Virus record (IMG/VR): IMGVR_UViG_3300021517_000001 | Location: 1 to 51,321 of that record | Strand: one strand, 5' to 3' | Length of the DNA stretch: 51,321 bases | From: a virus | Taxonomy: Duplodnaviria; Caudoviricetes | In this document: piece by piece, positions 34,767 through 45,646 of the stretch | Numbering within the stretch: the first letter of the stretch is position 1 | Layout: each line of letters opens with the position of its first letter | Notes under the pieces: model-generated | Seen by the model: the letters and a program-made list of their open reading frames with translations, nothing else | What the model was told of the DNA's origin: nothing | Databases searched by the model: none | Program-made: the position numbers and the translations under genes

Positions 34767-35620
34767 GATATCTTCCTTATGGACACGCCCGAGATGAACA
34801 TTCCCTCGTCGCCTCCAGGGCCTGTAGTGGTGGCTTGAAATGTAAAAGTATATTCGCCGTCAGAGCTCACCACGAACGTCGGCAGCGCCGTAAGACCCGT
34901 GTAAGCCGACACCGCCGAATAAAAGGACATTGTGCCTATAGAAGTCATTCCAATCGACACCGTGGCGACCGATGCCCCGACCGCGAAGACCGCGTGATAG
35001 ACTTCCATTAGATAAGTGCCTTGAGGCAGCCAGGACTTGAAGACAAGCTGATCCGCCAGAGCTGCTGGCGAAATCCAGATAAACTGGTTCCATCGAGCTG
35101 CCGTCACAAACACAGTTGTAAGCGCGCCAGCCCCAAAGCCCTTTGAAATTCGTTCAATGAAGACGTCGTCAATGATCTCTCCGGGAGCGCTAAGAAGTTT
35201 AGACACGCCCCCATCATCGACATCATACCAGCCATCCGACCGAGCCTCGAGCCTCCGGGTGTTAGAGGCACTAACCGCCCCTGCAACAGTTCGAATAACC
35301 GTCTCGAAGTAAGCGGGGTTGATTTTCGTGCCCGGCAGAACAACCAGGGTTCCGGCAAGGTTAATGTCATCCGCACCAGCGATTGAGTCAGCGAAGACAG
35401 CGGACTCTCCTGCAGGGACGACAATGACGTCGGGCCGGGATTGACCGTGAATGTACGGATCAGTTTCTGTCACCTGATTGATCAGAACCCAGTCTCGATT
35501 ATTGTCAGACAGGTACAACTGATTTGTATCCCACGAATAGTATGCATCGTCTTTGTACGCTGCCTTGGAAGGGCGGTTGGATTCTTTATCCCAGTAGATG
35601 AACAGAATTCGACGCATCAT
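34763..35620 (-). CDS. Putative tail fibre/receptor-binding protein with CBM-like C-terminus (paralog 1)
   Basis: N-terminal RP...YY..DT..LY motif; C-terminal LPQGTY...FVVSSDGEY. Confidence 0.6.
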   Translation of the reverse strand: MMRRILFIYWDKESNRPSKAAYKDDAYYSWDTNQLYLSDNNRDWVLINQVTETDPYIHGQSRPDVIVVPAGESAVFADSIAGADDINLAGTLVVLPGTKINPAYFETVIRTVAGAVSASNTRRLEARSDGWYDVDDGGVSKLLSAPGEIIDDVFIERISKGFGAGALTTVFVTAARWNQFIWISPAALADQLVFKSWLPQGTYLMEVYHAVFAVGASVATVSIGMTSIGTMSFYSAVSAYTGLTALPTFVVSSDGEYTFTFQATTTGPGGDEGMFISGVSIRKIS

Positions 35621-36345
35621 CAGGTTCCCAGCTTGATTACGCTTAGAGTGATTGGTTGCGTCATCGAGGCTGTCCCCGTGCCGACAATTCGAGACAGGAC
35701 GATTTCGATATAGTCTGTCGCGCTTAAATAAAGGACATCCGAGAAGCTACACGTCTGTCGGGCGTCGATTGAAAAGTCTTTGCCCTCCCACGTAGTCAAG
35801 ATAGTCGACCCGTTTTTTCGAACCTCGATGCGCATTGCGTTATTGCTCGTCGCGTTGGCGATGTATAGGGCGTTAAGCTCTACCCGATAGTAGCCGCTCT
35901 GCCCGGACGGAATCGTTACGCGAGATGGGTTAGGCGATACTGCCCAAAACCCCCCAACGTCGAAATCTTCTGAGCCCCATGAAATGACCGCCGTGGTCGT
36001 AGTCCCGTCCCGAACCTGCGTAACCGTCGACCGGACTTTGCACCCAGTCAGCGCTGTTGATAGAGATGCCCAAGCCGGAGCACCTGAGACAATCTTTAAG
36101 ACATCACCCTCAGATCCCGGAGCAAGCTGAGAATATTTTGTCGCCGTCGAAACAAGCAGTCTGTTGGCTGTTGTTGATACTGGCACGGTAATATGCTTCC
36201 AGTCCGCGTTGGATGCCGTGCCGGTGGCCAAAAGCAATTCCAGAGTGTCCGAGCACCAGTAGGTCTGCCCGATAAATTCTGGAGTGCCGCGGTCTGCATA
36301 CAACCCTATCGTAGTATACGACGGGACCGAAAATATGTCAGCCAT
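35620..36345 (-). CDS. Tail fibre protein with C1q/TNF-like C-terminal domain
   Basis: SRVTIPSGQSGYYRV...KNG...YLSATDYIEI pattern; collar-like G.EG.VLK..SGAP.W. Confidence 0.65.
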   Translation of the reverse strand: MADIFSVPSYTTIGLYADRGTPEFIGQTYWCSDTLELLLATGTASNADWKHITVPVSTTANRLLVSTATKYSQLAPGSEGDVLKIVSGAPAWASLSTALTGCKVRSTVTQVRDGTTTTAVISWGSEDFDVGGFWAVSPNPSRVTIPSGQSGYYRVELNALYIANATSNNAMRIEVRKNGSTILTTWEGKDFSIDARQTCSFSDVLYLSATDYIEIVLSRIVGTGTASMTQPITLSVIKLGT

Positions 36346-37234
36346 ACGTCAAAGCCTCCCCGTCGTAGGTAATGATCTCGTTCTTGTAAGTCACAAACTG
36401 CTCTCCGAGACCCCCGCCGCGTCCGATAACTTCCTGGGCAGCGTACAGGTCGAAAACTGTGATGCTAGCAATGCCCTGATAGAGGCGGACGTATCCTAGC
36501 AGGACGGAATCTGAAGCCACGGTCTTTGGGTAGTACAGGTCGAATGCCTGCTCGTGGGTTGGGAATCCGATATCCGGGTCGAAATCAAACTCGGGCCCTG
36601 CAGTAATTGTCAGCAGAGCCGTCACGGGATCAACTTCGACCATCAGCCCTAAAGCCTTCCCAGAAGTGTCGGGGACATAACTGCCTAGCTCGTCCGTCAC
36701 CAAGTTGGGAACCCTATAAACTGTATTTTCCGCGACGGTCGTAAACCCAGATATGAACACGGTCATGTCTGGTGGCGTGGCGGGTTGAAGTAGACCGATA
36801 TCAAGCTGAGCCAGGTTGATACTTCGTTGGGGCCGAACAACAACCCGATGGGTATATTCAGCGGCCAAGTACCCGGCTAGGCCGTGAATGTGCAGCTCGT
36901 TGTTGACCGAGATGACATAGACGGGGGTTCCGTAAATTAGGTCTTCATCCCGAAGCTTGCCGATTCCTGAGTTCAAAGCCAAAGACACAGAGGCAACTTC
37001 TTCATCTGCCTGGCTGATTGTCGTCCCCTGAGACGTCAAAGCCGTAGTGGATTCTCCGATGCCGTACTCATGGACCCACACCATCGAAGGTGTGTCAGTA
37101 TCGGACCCTACCGCGGCCTTAACCGGGTTGTCAGTGTCCCGACGCAGCGGATGCCCTAAAGCCTTAATGACTGGCTCTTGCAGTGCGGGGCGAAGTCGAC
37201 GAGCAATCTCTTCTCGCAGGCCGTCGAAAGTCAT
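36338..37234 (-). CDS. Minor tail protein
   Basis: Position in tail operon; 298 aa. Confidence 0.55.
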   Translation of the reverse strand: MTFDGLREEIARRLRPALQEPVIKALGHPLRRDTDNPVKAAVGSDTDTPSMVWVHEYGIGESTTALTSQGTTISQADEEVASVSLALNSGIGKLRDEDLIYGTPVYVISVNNELHIHGLAGYLAAEYTHRVVVRPQRSINLAQLDIGLLQPATPPDMTVFISGFTTVAENTVYRVPNLVTDELGSYVPDTSGKALGLMVEVDPVTALLTITAGPEFDFDPDIGFPTHEQAFDLYYPKTVASDSVLLGYVRLYQGIASITVFDLYAAQEVIGRGGGLGEQFVTYKNEIITYDGEALTYG

Positions 37235-40200
37235 CCCAGTCCCTGCACTTTCCGGATAAATCCGACCGGGCCAATGCTCGAAGCCCAGTCCCCAATTCGC
37301 GGATACCGTTTGCGCGGGTTCGAGACGGCCAGATCGATGGCGTTGAATCCAAAGAAAACAGTTACAGGAGTGCTAGCCCGGACTCCGTCGTACGCGGATT
37401 TAGTGTCAAGAACAGTCCACGCATCCCCGACATTTAAGCTACGCAAGTTTTGCCTTTCGCCTTTGTTATTGATTGCAACCTGGATGATGGTATTGTCCCC
37501 GCTGCTATTCAAGTCGTTAGCAAACGCGTAAGCCGTCCGGGCCGCAAAAGACGCGCCGGGGCTTATTTCTGTCCACGCGGGGCTTCCACCAGACGGGCTA
37601 GAGATGCGGTACTCTTTGAACCCGTCGAACTTGTTTCGAGTTGTGTCGAGCTCGAAGAAGGCATCGTTCAAGTGGATTTCAACGAGGTTGATGTTAGAGA
37701 GGCTGGAGTCATTCCACTGGCCGGTTCCGAAATTGAGCTGGTCGTCTGATCGCAAATATACGACTACGCCAGCGACGTTTTCGATCTCAGAAGCAAAAGT
37801 TTTGTCGATGTCCAGAAACCACCGGTACCGGATTCTTGTGAACCCCATAGACGCGGGAAGGTATTCGGGCTGCAGAACAATTCCAGTGTCAGAATTTCCT
37901 ACAGGGGGGTTATCGATCAGCGTGAACGAAAGCGGCTCGGCGGTGTACAAGAAATCACCTTCGTCATCTATCAAAGCCCAATAGAAGGTCCAAGAGCCGG
38001 ACACATCCCCGGGATGGACGTTGTCCCAGTTGTTCGGGGGGTAGTAGTTAGGCGGCCCTGGAGGATCTCCTGCACACAGCACCCCATTACATTTATAGTA
38101 TAACCGTACCTCTGTTCTGAAAGCAAGTCTCTCAACGGTATGAACATACCCGTCCTCCTGCAGCGGCGTTTTGATAACACTGTGCAGGCCATAATACACA
38201 CTTTGATTGATCGCGGCCGGAGCACTGGAGAGACGTTGCCATGTGCTAGACCCCTCCCCAAAAGGATATTCTTCGAACGAGGTCTGTGTTGTGCTCGTGA
38301 CTTGGTCGTCTAGCAAATTGGCGGAAGCAAACAATGCAGCCGTGTCATGGTTCAGGACTGGGGCAGCCTCAGCAAACTTTGCGCTGGTCCCCGGGTGGTT
38401 ATTGAGGGCCGTAAACGATCCCGCATTTTGCGCTCGAAAGATTTGCCAGCCCCCTAAGAGCAATGCGCCGCAGCAATAGACATCGTCACCAATAATTGTC
38501 GCGGCTAAAGGCTTGTCGAGGCCTCCTCCGTCAGCAGATGCTCCCACAGTGCCGTTGTCATCTGACCCGGAATAAAGTCGCCAGAACTTGGTTCCGTTCA
38601 CGGTAGACCAGGCGGCAAAAATAATGTCAGAACTGTCATGGGGTGTTACGATACACGCTGACCCAAAAAAATCTTCTTGCGGCAAAGACGCGGAATATTC
38701 TTCGGCCCACACAACATCTTCAGCGAAAGCTCTGCCGTCGGCCGTTGAGTATATTCGAATCTCTTCAGCTTCGTCATCATACGCAACGGCAAACAGCTCA
38801 AGATCTCCTGCGGTGTAATTCGAGGTGATGTAATCAGAATCGGGCAAGATTACAAAATCCAAAACTCTCCCGATGAGATTCCCTCGGAAAGATTCCCAGT
38901 GCACAGTCTTCTCGAGCAGAGTGGAAGTTCTTCCGATCTCGCCTAAGCTATTGACCGCAAACATGACGCCGAACTGCGCCTCGCTAAGGTCAGGGAATTC
39001 GGGAATCTTCGGGTCTAAGGGAAGATTTAATTCCGGGAGCCAGCCGTCATAGATCCAATTCCAAGCAGCCGAGCGGGGAATGTTGATCACTTCTCCCGGC
39101 TGACCAAACGCCTCGAGATCAAAATCAACGACAATCCGTTTCTCCCACCCCCGACCCCGTTGAGTCCAAGTCCTTGTGATGTTGGTTGGAACTGCTCGGA
39201 CCGCCTCACCGCCGATGTAAAGAGCTTCGATGTCCAGAAGATACATTTCAGACACATTAGCGCACGTGAAGACGTCGAGGTTTCTATCGACCGTCAGTCG
39301 AACAGTGGGCCTCTCCCGGTTCTCTAAAGCAAACACATTTCCAACGACCTGGCTAGTTCTGCCCTGGTTCTCTGACACGGGCACAATGAATGTCGGAAAC
39401 GTGGGCTTAGACGAGCCTTGAGATGCGTTACGTCCCGGGGCTATCGCGCCGAAAGGGACGGCTTCCGCGCCGCCGTCAAAAGCAAAAGAATACCCAGTAA
39501 CGGACGACACCTTACCTTTCCAGTTAAATCCGGCTTCCAGAGACTCATCAACAGCGTGTCTCTGCTGAAGGGACATACGAGTAGTAAGGCTTGCCCGTTC
39601 TGTGTTACTGAGCCACTTAAACGGATGCTGCTCTAAAACCAGTGCGCCGTCGGACCTGCATCCGACGTTGCCGACAGAGAGGTCCTCGATCGCCTTTATC
39701 TGTCCCCCAAAATTGTCTGCAGGCAGGACGAATGATTGCTTACGAAGCTTTAAGTAGTCGTCAGGCACGATGTAATCATGATTACTTAAGAAGTTCGGAC
39801 AGTGCCAATGAAGGACGTACCAAAGCGCGCCGTAGGGGTTGCTCAACGTGACAGGGATCTCCGCCCAGTTTGTAGGAGTACTCGTCTCGGACATGCTCTG
39901 AGTTGCGATCCCCATATCGAGAATGTACTGCAAGGGGGATTTTATTTCGATCGTAGAATCCGTGATTCCGCGCTGGACTGAATGCGACTTAGCTTCCAGG
40001 TACCCGACGCACTTATCAACAATTACGCCCTCTGACACTTCCTCGCCGCCGAATCTTGGGGTCTCCGCATATAACCACCCTTGCGTGGGGAACGTGAGGT
40101 CTTGTTCGTTAATTGCAGGGGTATTGTCACTGAACCGAATTCGAAGGTCTCGGCCTTTGGGAGTTTCTCGGTCTGAAGCCATGTTGACAGCATACCGGTA

Positions 40201-40962
40201 TGAGAATGGGGCGTCAGCACCGGACCGGGTGCAGATCCAGCGATATGTTCTCGCAGTATGGCTTTTGCCCCCACTGTCAGTGATCGTACATGATATTATA
40301 TAAAAGCCAGGGTCGAATTCGACCTCTATTTCTTCGTCGCTGAGAGAAGACCCCCCTGCAAGTGTTCCTCCGTCGATGTCCCAAACCTGAGCGACTTTGA
40401 TCTTGTTGCCCCACACAAAACTAGACGCGCAAGAGAAGGTCGTTGTGGCGGTATTTGACGGGCCTACAAAAGCCCAGTCCCAGGGACCGACGTTGCAGAC
40501 AGGGTCCGGGTTGATAAGCTGATCTGAGTACGGCACATCAAACAGCTTATAAAAGACCTGGTTGTAGATCCGACTGTAAATGCTGAATAGCGGATAGTGC
40601 TTGATGATCGTAATGTGCTGCCCGGGTTGCAAAGGCAGGCAATAGTTTTCTCCTCTGCCGGGATCTCCTAAACTCTTTGCGTCTATGTACAACGTTGACG
40701 CCCCTGGAGCTTTTCGAACTACCGCGATTCCTACGTCATAAAGCCCCGCAGCCGTCCCAATAAATACCAGCATTCCGGTCTTGATGTTTGCCCAGCCGGA
40801 AGTACTAGCAACTGTCAAAGCTGCCACAGGATAAGTAAAAGTCGTTTGGTTAATTGTCGCTGTCGCGACAACTGTCTTCGGGACAGGTAGAAACACTCTC
40901 TCCGGGATGGTGTGAAGCTCGTCATTCAGTTTGAGTAGGTCGGGGGATCCGATAACAGTCAT
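37231..40962 (-). CDS. Large tail tip/hub protein
   Basis: 1243 aa, beta-rich, PKD-like segment (GFYIISCTITDSGG), two genes after the tape measure. Confidence 0.7.
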   Translation of the reverse strand: MTVIGSPDLLKLNDELHTIPERVFLPVPKTVVATATINQTTFTYPVAALTVASTSGWANIKTGMLVFIGTAAGLYDVGIAVVRKAPGASTLYIDAKSLGDPGRGENYCLPLQPGQHITIIKHYPLFSIYSRIYNQVFYKLFDVPYSDQLINPDPVCNVGPWDWAFVGPSNTATTTFSCASSFVWGNKIKVAQVWDIDGGTLAGGSSLSDEEIEVEFDPGFYIISCTITDSGGKSHTARTYRWICTRSGADAPFSYRYAVNMASDRETPKGRDLRIRFSDNTPAINEQDLTFPTQGWLYAETPRFGGEEVSEGVIVDKCVGYLEAKSHSVQRGITDSTIEIKSPLQYILDMGIATQSMSETSTPTNWAEIPVTLSNPYGALWYVLHWHCPNFLSNHDYIVPDDYLKLRKQSFVLPADNFGGQIKAIEDLSVGNVGCRSDGALVLEQHPFKWLSNTERASLTTRMSLQQRHAVDESLEAGFNWKGKVSSVTGYSFAFDGGAEAVPFGAIAPGRNASQGSSKPTFPTFIVPVSENQGRTSQVVGNVFALENRERPTVRLTVDRNLDVFTCANVSEMYLLDIEALYIGGEAVRAVPTNITRTWTQRGRGWEKRIVVDFDLEAFGQPGEVINIPRSAAWNWIYDGWLPELNLPLDPKIPEFPDLSEAQFGVMFAVNSLGEIGRTSTLLEKTVHWESFRGNLIGRVLDFVILPDSDYITSNYTAGDLELFAVAYDDEAEEIRIYSTADGRAFAEDVVWAEEYSASLPQEDFFGSACIVTPHDSSDIIFAAWSTVNGTKFWRLYSGSDDNGTVGASADGGGLDKPLAATIIGDDVYCCGALLLGGWQIFRAQNAGSFTALNNHPGTSAKFAEAAPVLNHDTAALFASANLLDDQVTSTTQTSFEEYPFGEGSSTWQRLSSAPAAINQSVYYGLHSVIKTPLQEDGYVHTVERLAFRTEVRLYYKCNGVLCAGDPPGPPNYYPPNNWDNVHPGDVSGSWTFYWALIDDEGDFLYTAEPLSFTLIDNPPVGNSDTGIVLQPEYLPASMGFTRIRYRWFLDIDKTFASEIENVAGVVVYLRSDDQLNFGTGQWNDSSLSNINLVEIHLNDAFFELDTTRNKFDGFKEYRISSPSGGSPAWTEISPGASFAARTAYAFANDLNSSGDNTIIQVAINNKGERQNLRSLNVGDAWTVLDTKSAYDGVRASTPVTVFFGFNAIDLAVSNPRKRYPRIGDWASSIGPVGFIRKVQGLG

Positions 40963-41432
40963 GGGGTCTCCGGGGCGGATACAGCGTTGAAGAAATCAAA
41001 AGGCAGAAACCACAGTTCACCAGCGCGGCGATACTTAGATACTTCAGGCCAGAACACGCGGGCTTGAACTACAATAAAGCCCCCGCCACTAGTAGAATCT
41101 TCGGTCCGAACAGTCACCTGAGCATGCATGGCATCATTGAAAATGTCGGCCTTAAACTGTGCGATCATTCCGGTGGTCCAAGGCCCGAGCACCCAGGTGA
41201 ATTCTCCCCCGCCGAACATGTGTCGTGCGTACCAGGAATCGACCACCGAGGTGTATGGCTGGTATTTGTCTCTGTCTTCTAGCGGCTCAACCCAATCAAG
41301 ATAGTCGCCCATATCCGTCGGGCGGCTGCCGTTGTTGATCGACGAAGCGGCCGTATTTATCTTTGTAATGTCATAGGTGTCGTCTAGCTCTGAAACCGCT
41401 AAAAGACCTGGGGCAATCCTAAACTCACTCAT
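40959..41432 (-). CDS. Distal-tail-like protein
   Basis: 157 aa, immediately after the tape measure. Confidence 0.55.
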   Translation of the reverse strand: MSEFRIAPGLLAVSELDDTYDITKINTAASSINNGSRPTDMGDYLDWVEPLEDRDKYQPYTSVVDSWYARHMFGGGEFTWVLGPWTTGMIAQFKADIFNDAMHAQVTVRTEDSTSGGGFIVVQARVFWPEVSKYRRAGELWFLPFDFFNAVSAPETP

Positions 41433-44400
41433 GACCTCTTTGCATCCTCCATGCCGGCTATCGCTTGCATCCAGCTTTCCCGGATGGCGTTAATAACGTC
41501 GTCTCGTGACATGCCGTTTCCGATAACAATGTCTCCAGTTGAAATATTGTACATTGGCCCTCCACTGCCTAGTGATGCAGGCAGCCCCTTGGAGGGTTCA
41601 AACTTGACAACTGCTTCGACTTCTCCAGGCCGCAACCTTTCCCCCAGCAAAGCTACAGTCGGGCCGTCAGCCATGGTGATCACACCCTCGTTAGCAAAAG
41701 CGACCCCTCGGAGGGTCTTCTTCGCAGGGCCGGATGTGTTGCCAAAAGCGATGCCCTTCTGTAGAGACTGAGAAGCCAGCCCGGAGATCAGAGATTGCAG
41801 TTGAGTCCGAAGCACCGAGATCGTCGACGTGAACCCTGCTTGCAGGTCGGCATTGATTCTTTGAAATGCCGCTGCCTCTGCCGAGACTCTCGCCTCAGCA
41901 ATTCTCTTCGCGGTGTCGGCTTCTTTCCTGGCGCGTTCGTCGATTTGCTTGGACAGCATTTCGTCTCGAGTGGCCATCTGCTTGGACAGCATTTCGTCCT
42001 GCTTCTTGAGTTGGTCTGTCCGGGCTTTTGCAATGTCTTCGATCTGCTTCTTTTCCGCAGAGTAGCCTGCCATGATTGCAGTCACTCGGTCGCGGAGCTG
42101 TGCCTTCTCAGCCTCAACACGAGTGCGGGCCTGTTCTTCAATCTGCTGCTTCTCAGTTTCAAAAGCTTCTTGTGCCTGTGCCTGTGCCTGCCTGAAAGCT
42201 TCTCCCTGACTGTCGCGAGCTTCTCGGGCTTGCTGTGCAATCTGGTCTAAACGATCGTCGTGCGCTTTTTGAGCCTCTTCGCGCTCAGCAAAGTATTGCT
42301 CCCGCCTCCGAACAACCTCTTCGCTCGCTTCCTGGTCTTCGCTCTTGAGCTTCTCTTCAGCCCGTCTCTTGGCCGCAATAAAGGCGACGACGTCGTTGCG
42401 CTCTTCCGCTTCAGTCAGCGCGAGGCCCAGTTCTTCCAGGATCTTTAGTCTTTCGGCGTTTTGATCGCGGAGCCGTTCCTTCTCCTCTTTATAATAATCG
42501 TCTACAGCCTTACGCTCGTCAGCAAAGAACTTTGCCGTGGCCTCTGCCCGAGCTTTACCTTCTTTATCGTTAATTTGCCTCAGTTTTGCGGCATTGTCAG
42601 ACAAAATCTTGGCCAGGTTGTCCTGGTGCTTTTGCTCTGCCTTCTGCAGTGATTCTAAGGCCTGGGACCGAATTTCAACGATCCGGGCACTAGCTTCCTT
42701 CTCGGCCTCTGTCACTTCTGTAAGAGCCTCTGCAAGCTCTCGGGCGTGCGCGGCATCTATTGCGTCTGACGACAGGAATTGAAACTCGTCATTCAATTCG
42801 GCCAGCCGTTGTTCATATTGTTGAACCTGAGCAGCCGCTTCAGCGCTAGTTTCAGCCAGGGTCCGTACCTCGGGGAGGATTCGATTGATCGCTTCCCGCT
42901 CAGACTCAATTGCATCAAGCCGAGACGTGATCTGTTCAGTCGACCCGCTCCTCATGATTTCGGCGAGTTGCACTTCCTGGCTGACCCGCCGTTCAATAGC
43001 TGTCAACTGTTCTTGAACGGCCTGCAGCTCTGATTGACGAGCTCTTGCAAGTTCGACAGCTGAATCTGTCAGGAGAGATTGCTCATAGGTCAGAGCTTCT
43101 ACCCGGCTTGTATACTCGTCAATGTAATTAGCGGCCGCCTCGCTTTCATCCGCGAGGGGTTCAAGCTCGGCAGTCAATGCCTGAAGAGAGGCGATTTCAG
43201 ATTCGATAGCCTGTCTCCGGACAATAATTTGCTGGTCGTTGCCCTGACGAATTAAATCCTCTACTTGGCGTTGAATCTGTGCTTGCCGAACAAGAGCGTC
43301 TGCCTGCGCGTCAAGAGCAGCTAACCGATCCGCCTCAGCTGTCGCATTAGTTTCGAGAGCCTCGGCGTATAAGGCCAGAAGTTGATTATTACTTTGAAGC
43401 TGGGTGTCAAGTTCCCGCCCAGCGGCAGTCAGAGTTGACAGGCTAATACCCTGATCGCCGTACAGAGCTCTCAGCTCCTCGTTAGCCTGTACCACTCTCA
43501 GCACTTGCTGCTGCCCGAGCTCATCAACCTGTTCGAGAATTAAGGCAATCTGTTGCTGAGCCTCTGCCTGAGTAATAGCGCCAGATTCTAAAGCAGCGTC
43601 AATCTCAGCCAGGTTTTGGGTGATGAGATTGGCCGCTGCAACAGCGAATTGTGTCCCAGCACTCTCAGTCTCCGCGATCAGATCGTACTGTTCTTGAATG
43701 GCTCTGCGACGTGCTTCAATGATAGCATTCTCGGCTTCCAAGGATGCAATGGCGTTTTGAACCTCTTCGGTCGTCCCAGTCGCCAACACTTGAAAGTACC
43801 GTTCCTGCACGTTGAGCGATCGCTCGGTATTTTCTCGAGCGCGGGCCGCTTCTTTAGCCTGGTTAGAATATGAGATTGTGAGTGCCCCGATGACGCCGAC
43901 AATAGGAAGCATTGCAGCGCCCAGTGCAACAAACCCAGCAGCTCCCGCAGACAGGCCGGGAAGGACTTTAGTTAAACCTCCGGCAAATGAATTGACGGCT
44001 GGAGACGCTTCTCGAATTTTTATGCCGACCTGACTGACGCCTTCAGCTAAACGAGGCAGCGCTTCGGCAACAGCGAACCCCTCGGCGCCGAGGTTAATCG
44101 TCCGTTCGAGTTGAGCGCCTCCAGCGCCTCCAGCAAACCCAATCGCCCCCGTGACAGTACGCAGCTGAGACTCAGTGTCTCCGTAAATTCCGACCTCTCG
44201 GGACAGCGAATCGAAGCGTTCCTCAAGGTTTCCCAAAGAGCGGGGCACTCTCTCGATTTGCCTTTCGAGGTCTACGAACTCTTTCGTAAGCTTCGCGACC
44301 TTGGCGGCTTGCTTTTCGTACTCCGGGTCGGTTTGCTCTAGATTGGCTAGCTCGATCCTAGCGTCTGCAATGTCCTTGGACAACAAACGCATTCTTGAGG

Positions 44401-44599
44401 CCATTGCCTCGACTGCTTTAGAAGCGGCATCTAGCTCCCGAGAATCGACCGCAAAGCCCCTGAACGACCCTGACTCACGGGCCTCAGCAAGAACTTTTTG
44501 AACGTCAATGACGTCCTTTTCGAAATTATCTAAAGCCGTAATGCCCGAGACATCTCCGGCTTTAAACCCTACTTCGAATTCAACTTTGCGGTCGACCAT
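41429..44599 (-). CDS. Tape measure protein
   Basis: 1056 aa, Ala/Glu/Gln-rich coiled coil, hydrophobic segment, C-terminal FANEGVI..GPT..LLGE motif. Confidence 0.9.
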   Translation of the reverse strand: MVDRKVEFEVGFKAGDVSGITALDNFEKDVIDVQKVLAEARESGSFRGFAVDSRELDAASKAVEAMASRMRLLSKDIADARIELANLEQTDPEYEKQAAKVAKLTKEFVDLERQIERVPRSLGNLEERFDSLSREVGIYGDTESQLRTVTGAIGFAGGAGGAQLERTINLGAEGFAVAEALPRLAEGVSQVGIKIREASPAVNSFAGGLTKVLPGLSAGAAGFVALGAAMLPIVGVIGALTISYSNQAKEAARARENTERSLNVQERYFQVLATGTTEEVQNAIASLEAENAIIEARRRAIQEQYDLIAETESAGTQFAVAAANLITQNLAEIDAALESGAITQAEAQQQIALILEQVDELGQQQVLRVVQANEELRALYGDQGISLSTLTAAGRELDTQLQSNNQLLALYAEALETNATAEADRLAALDAQADALVRQAQIQRQVEDLIRQGNDQQIIVRRQAIESEIASLQALTAELEPLADESEAAANYIDEYTSRVEALTYEQSLLTDSAVELARARQSELQAVQEQLTAIERRVSQEVQLAEIMRSGSTEQITSRLDAIESEREAINRILPEVRTLAETSAEAAAQVQQYEQRLAELNDEFQFLSSDAIDAAHARELAEALTEVTEAEKEASARIVEIRSQALESLQKAEQKHQDNLAKILSDNAAKLRQINDKEGKARAEATAKFFADERKAVDDYYKEEKERLRDQNAERLKILEELGLALTEAEERNDVVAFIAAKRRAEEKLKSEDQEASEEVVRRREQYFAEREEAQKAHDDRLDQIAQQAREARDSQGEAFRQAQAQAQEAFETEKQQIEEQARTRVEAEKAQLRDRVTAIMAGYSAEKKQIEDIAKARTDQLKKQDEMLSKQMATRDEMLSKQIDERARKEADTAKRIAEARVSAEAAAFQRINADLQAGFTSTISVLRTQLQSLISGLASQSLQKGIAFGNTSGPAKKTLRGVAFANEGVITMADGPTVALLGERLRPGEVEAVVKFEPSKGLPASLGSGGPMYNISTGDIVIGNGMSRDDVINAIRESWMQAIAGMEDAKRS

Positions 44600-45373
44600 C
44601 CTGCTTCCCTATTTTGATATGTGCTCGTTGTCGTTCAACTTCGTCGTCAAGCCGCAGAATGTCCTTCTGATATGTCAACGGGCCTGAATTAGCTACGTCG
44701 TCCAGCGGAGGCATTACCGTTCGGCCACTCGCGACCCACCGGCGCCATCCGACTTTGACGAGCTCTAAATCATGGAAGAACGTCAACTCTTCTTTTTCGT
44801 AGAGAACCAGCTCCTGCTCGTCCTGTTCTAAGAGACTTGCCTGTTTCGACGCCCAGGCCCGAACGTCTTTCCGGGCTTCGCGTCTGAGGCTAAAAAATCA
44901 GGATCTCCTGCCAGGTTGTCCGGAATCATCTCGGTTTTAGCATGCAGCGGGTCTGCCGGGTAACGGGTCTGAGACTCTACGTAAACTCGGCGCCAGTCAT
45001 TCTGGATGATGACACTGACGCCGTCCATGAACATGTCCCACACAGTACTGAGAATTGCCGGGTCCGGGTTGAGTTCCCCGGTCGTAGGGTTCAGGATAGC
45101 TGTAGACATATACCAACGCCAAAACCGGATAAAGTCTGAAGTGTCCGGATGATCTTCAGCCCGGTCATCGTTGACCGTTACGTCGTACGTTACGGACAAA
45201 ATAAAGGCCAACAATTCAACCACCTGCAGGTCGGTGGGCGTCAATGAGTGGTGTTGCTTAACCGCTTCAATAAGGCGCAACGCACGAGAGTTCGTCCCGT
45301 GCGTCGCAAACCGCATGTGAAAGGACAGCAACCCGTCAGCTACGAGGAACGGACGTGTTGTTGGTGCCAGCAT
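44580..45373 (-). CDS. Tail assembly chaperone G/GT (stop at 44828 in frame 0; -1 frameshift extends to 44580)
   Basis: Slippery T TTT TTA at 44891-44897 joins ORF 44828..45373 to the open frame ending at 44580. Confidence 0.8.
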
Positions 45374-45614
45374 CGGGCTCAGATCCCTTCCGTGCTTCTT
45401 TGGGCCGAAGAGGATCGAACAGTTCCCACTTAATCTTTGTCGGAGCATCGATGACGACGAACCGTCCGGGCAAGCCGGGAACAGGGATCCGATCTATGTT
45501 AGAGCGGGTGTACTTTAACCCGTTGAAAGTGACTTCCGGCCAGGCCTCGATCTTGCCCTTAGATGTCATCGTACCTAACCGCCGCTCAAGTTCCTTGCGT
45601 TCGTCAGAGTTCAT
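45336..45614 (-). CDS. Hypothetical tail-region protein
   Basis: 92 aa, GGAGG SD, between major tail and chaperone genes. Confidence 0.6.
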   Translation of the reverse strand: MNSDERKELERRLGTMTSKGKIEAWPEVTFNGLKYTRSNIDRIPVPGLPGRFVVIDAPTKIKWELFDPLRPKEARKGSEPDAGTNNTSVPRS

Positions 45615-45646
45615 ATAACCTCCAGGTTGCGCCGGATTATACCGAA

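Noticed and set aside
33625-36345. Diversity-generating retroelement acting on tail genes
   Set aside because: No reverse transcriptase and no near-identical TR/VR pair seen; paralogy is only at the diverged protein level
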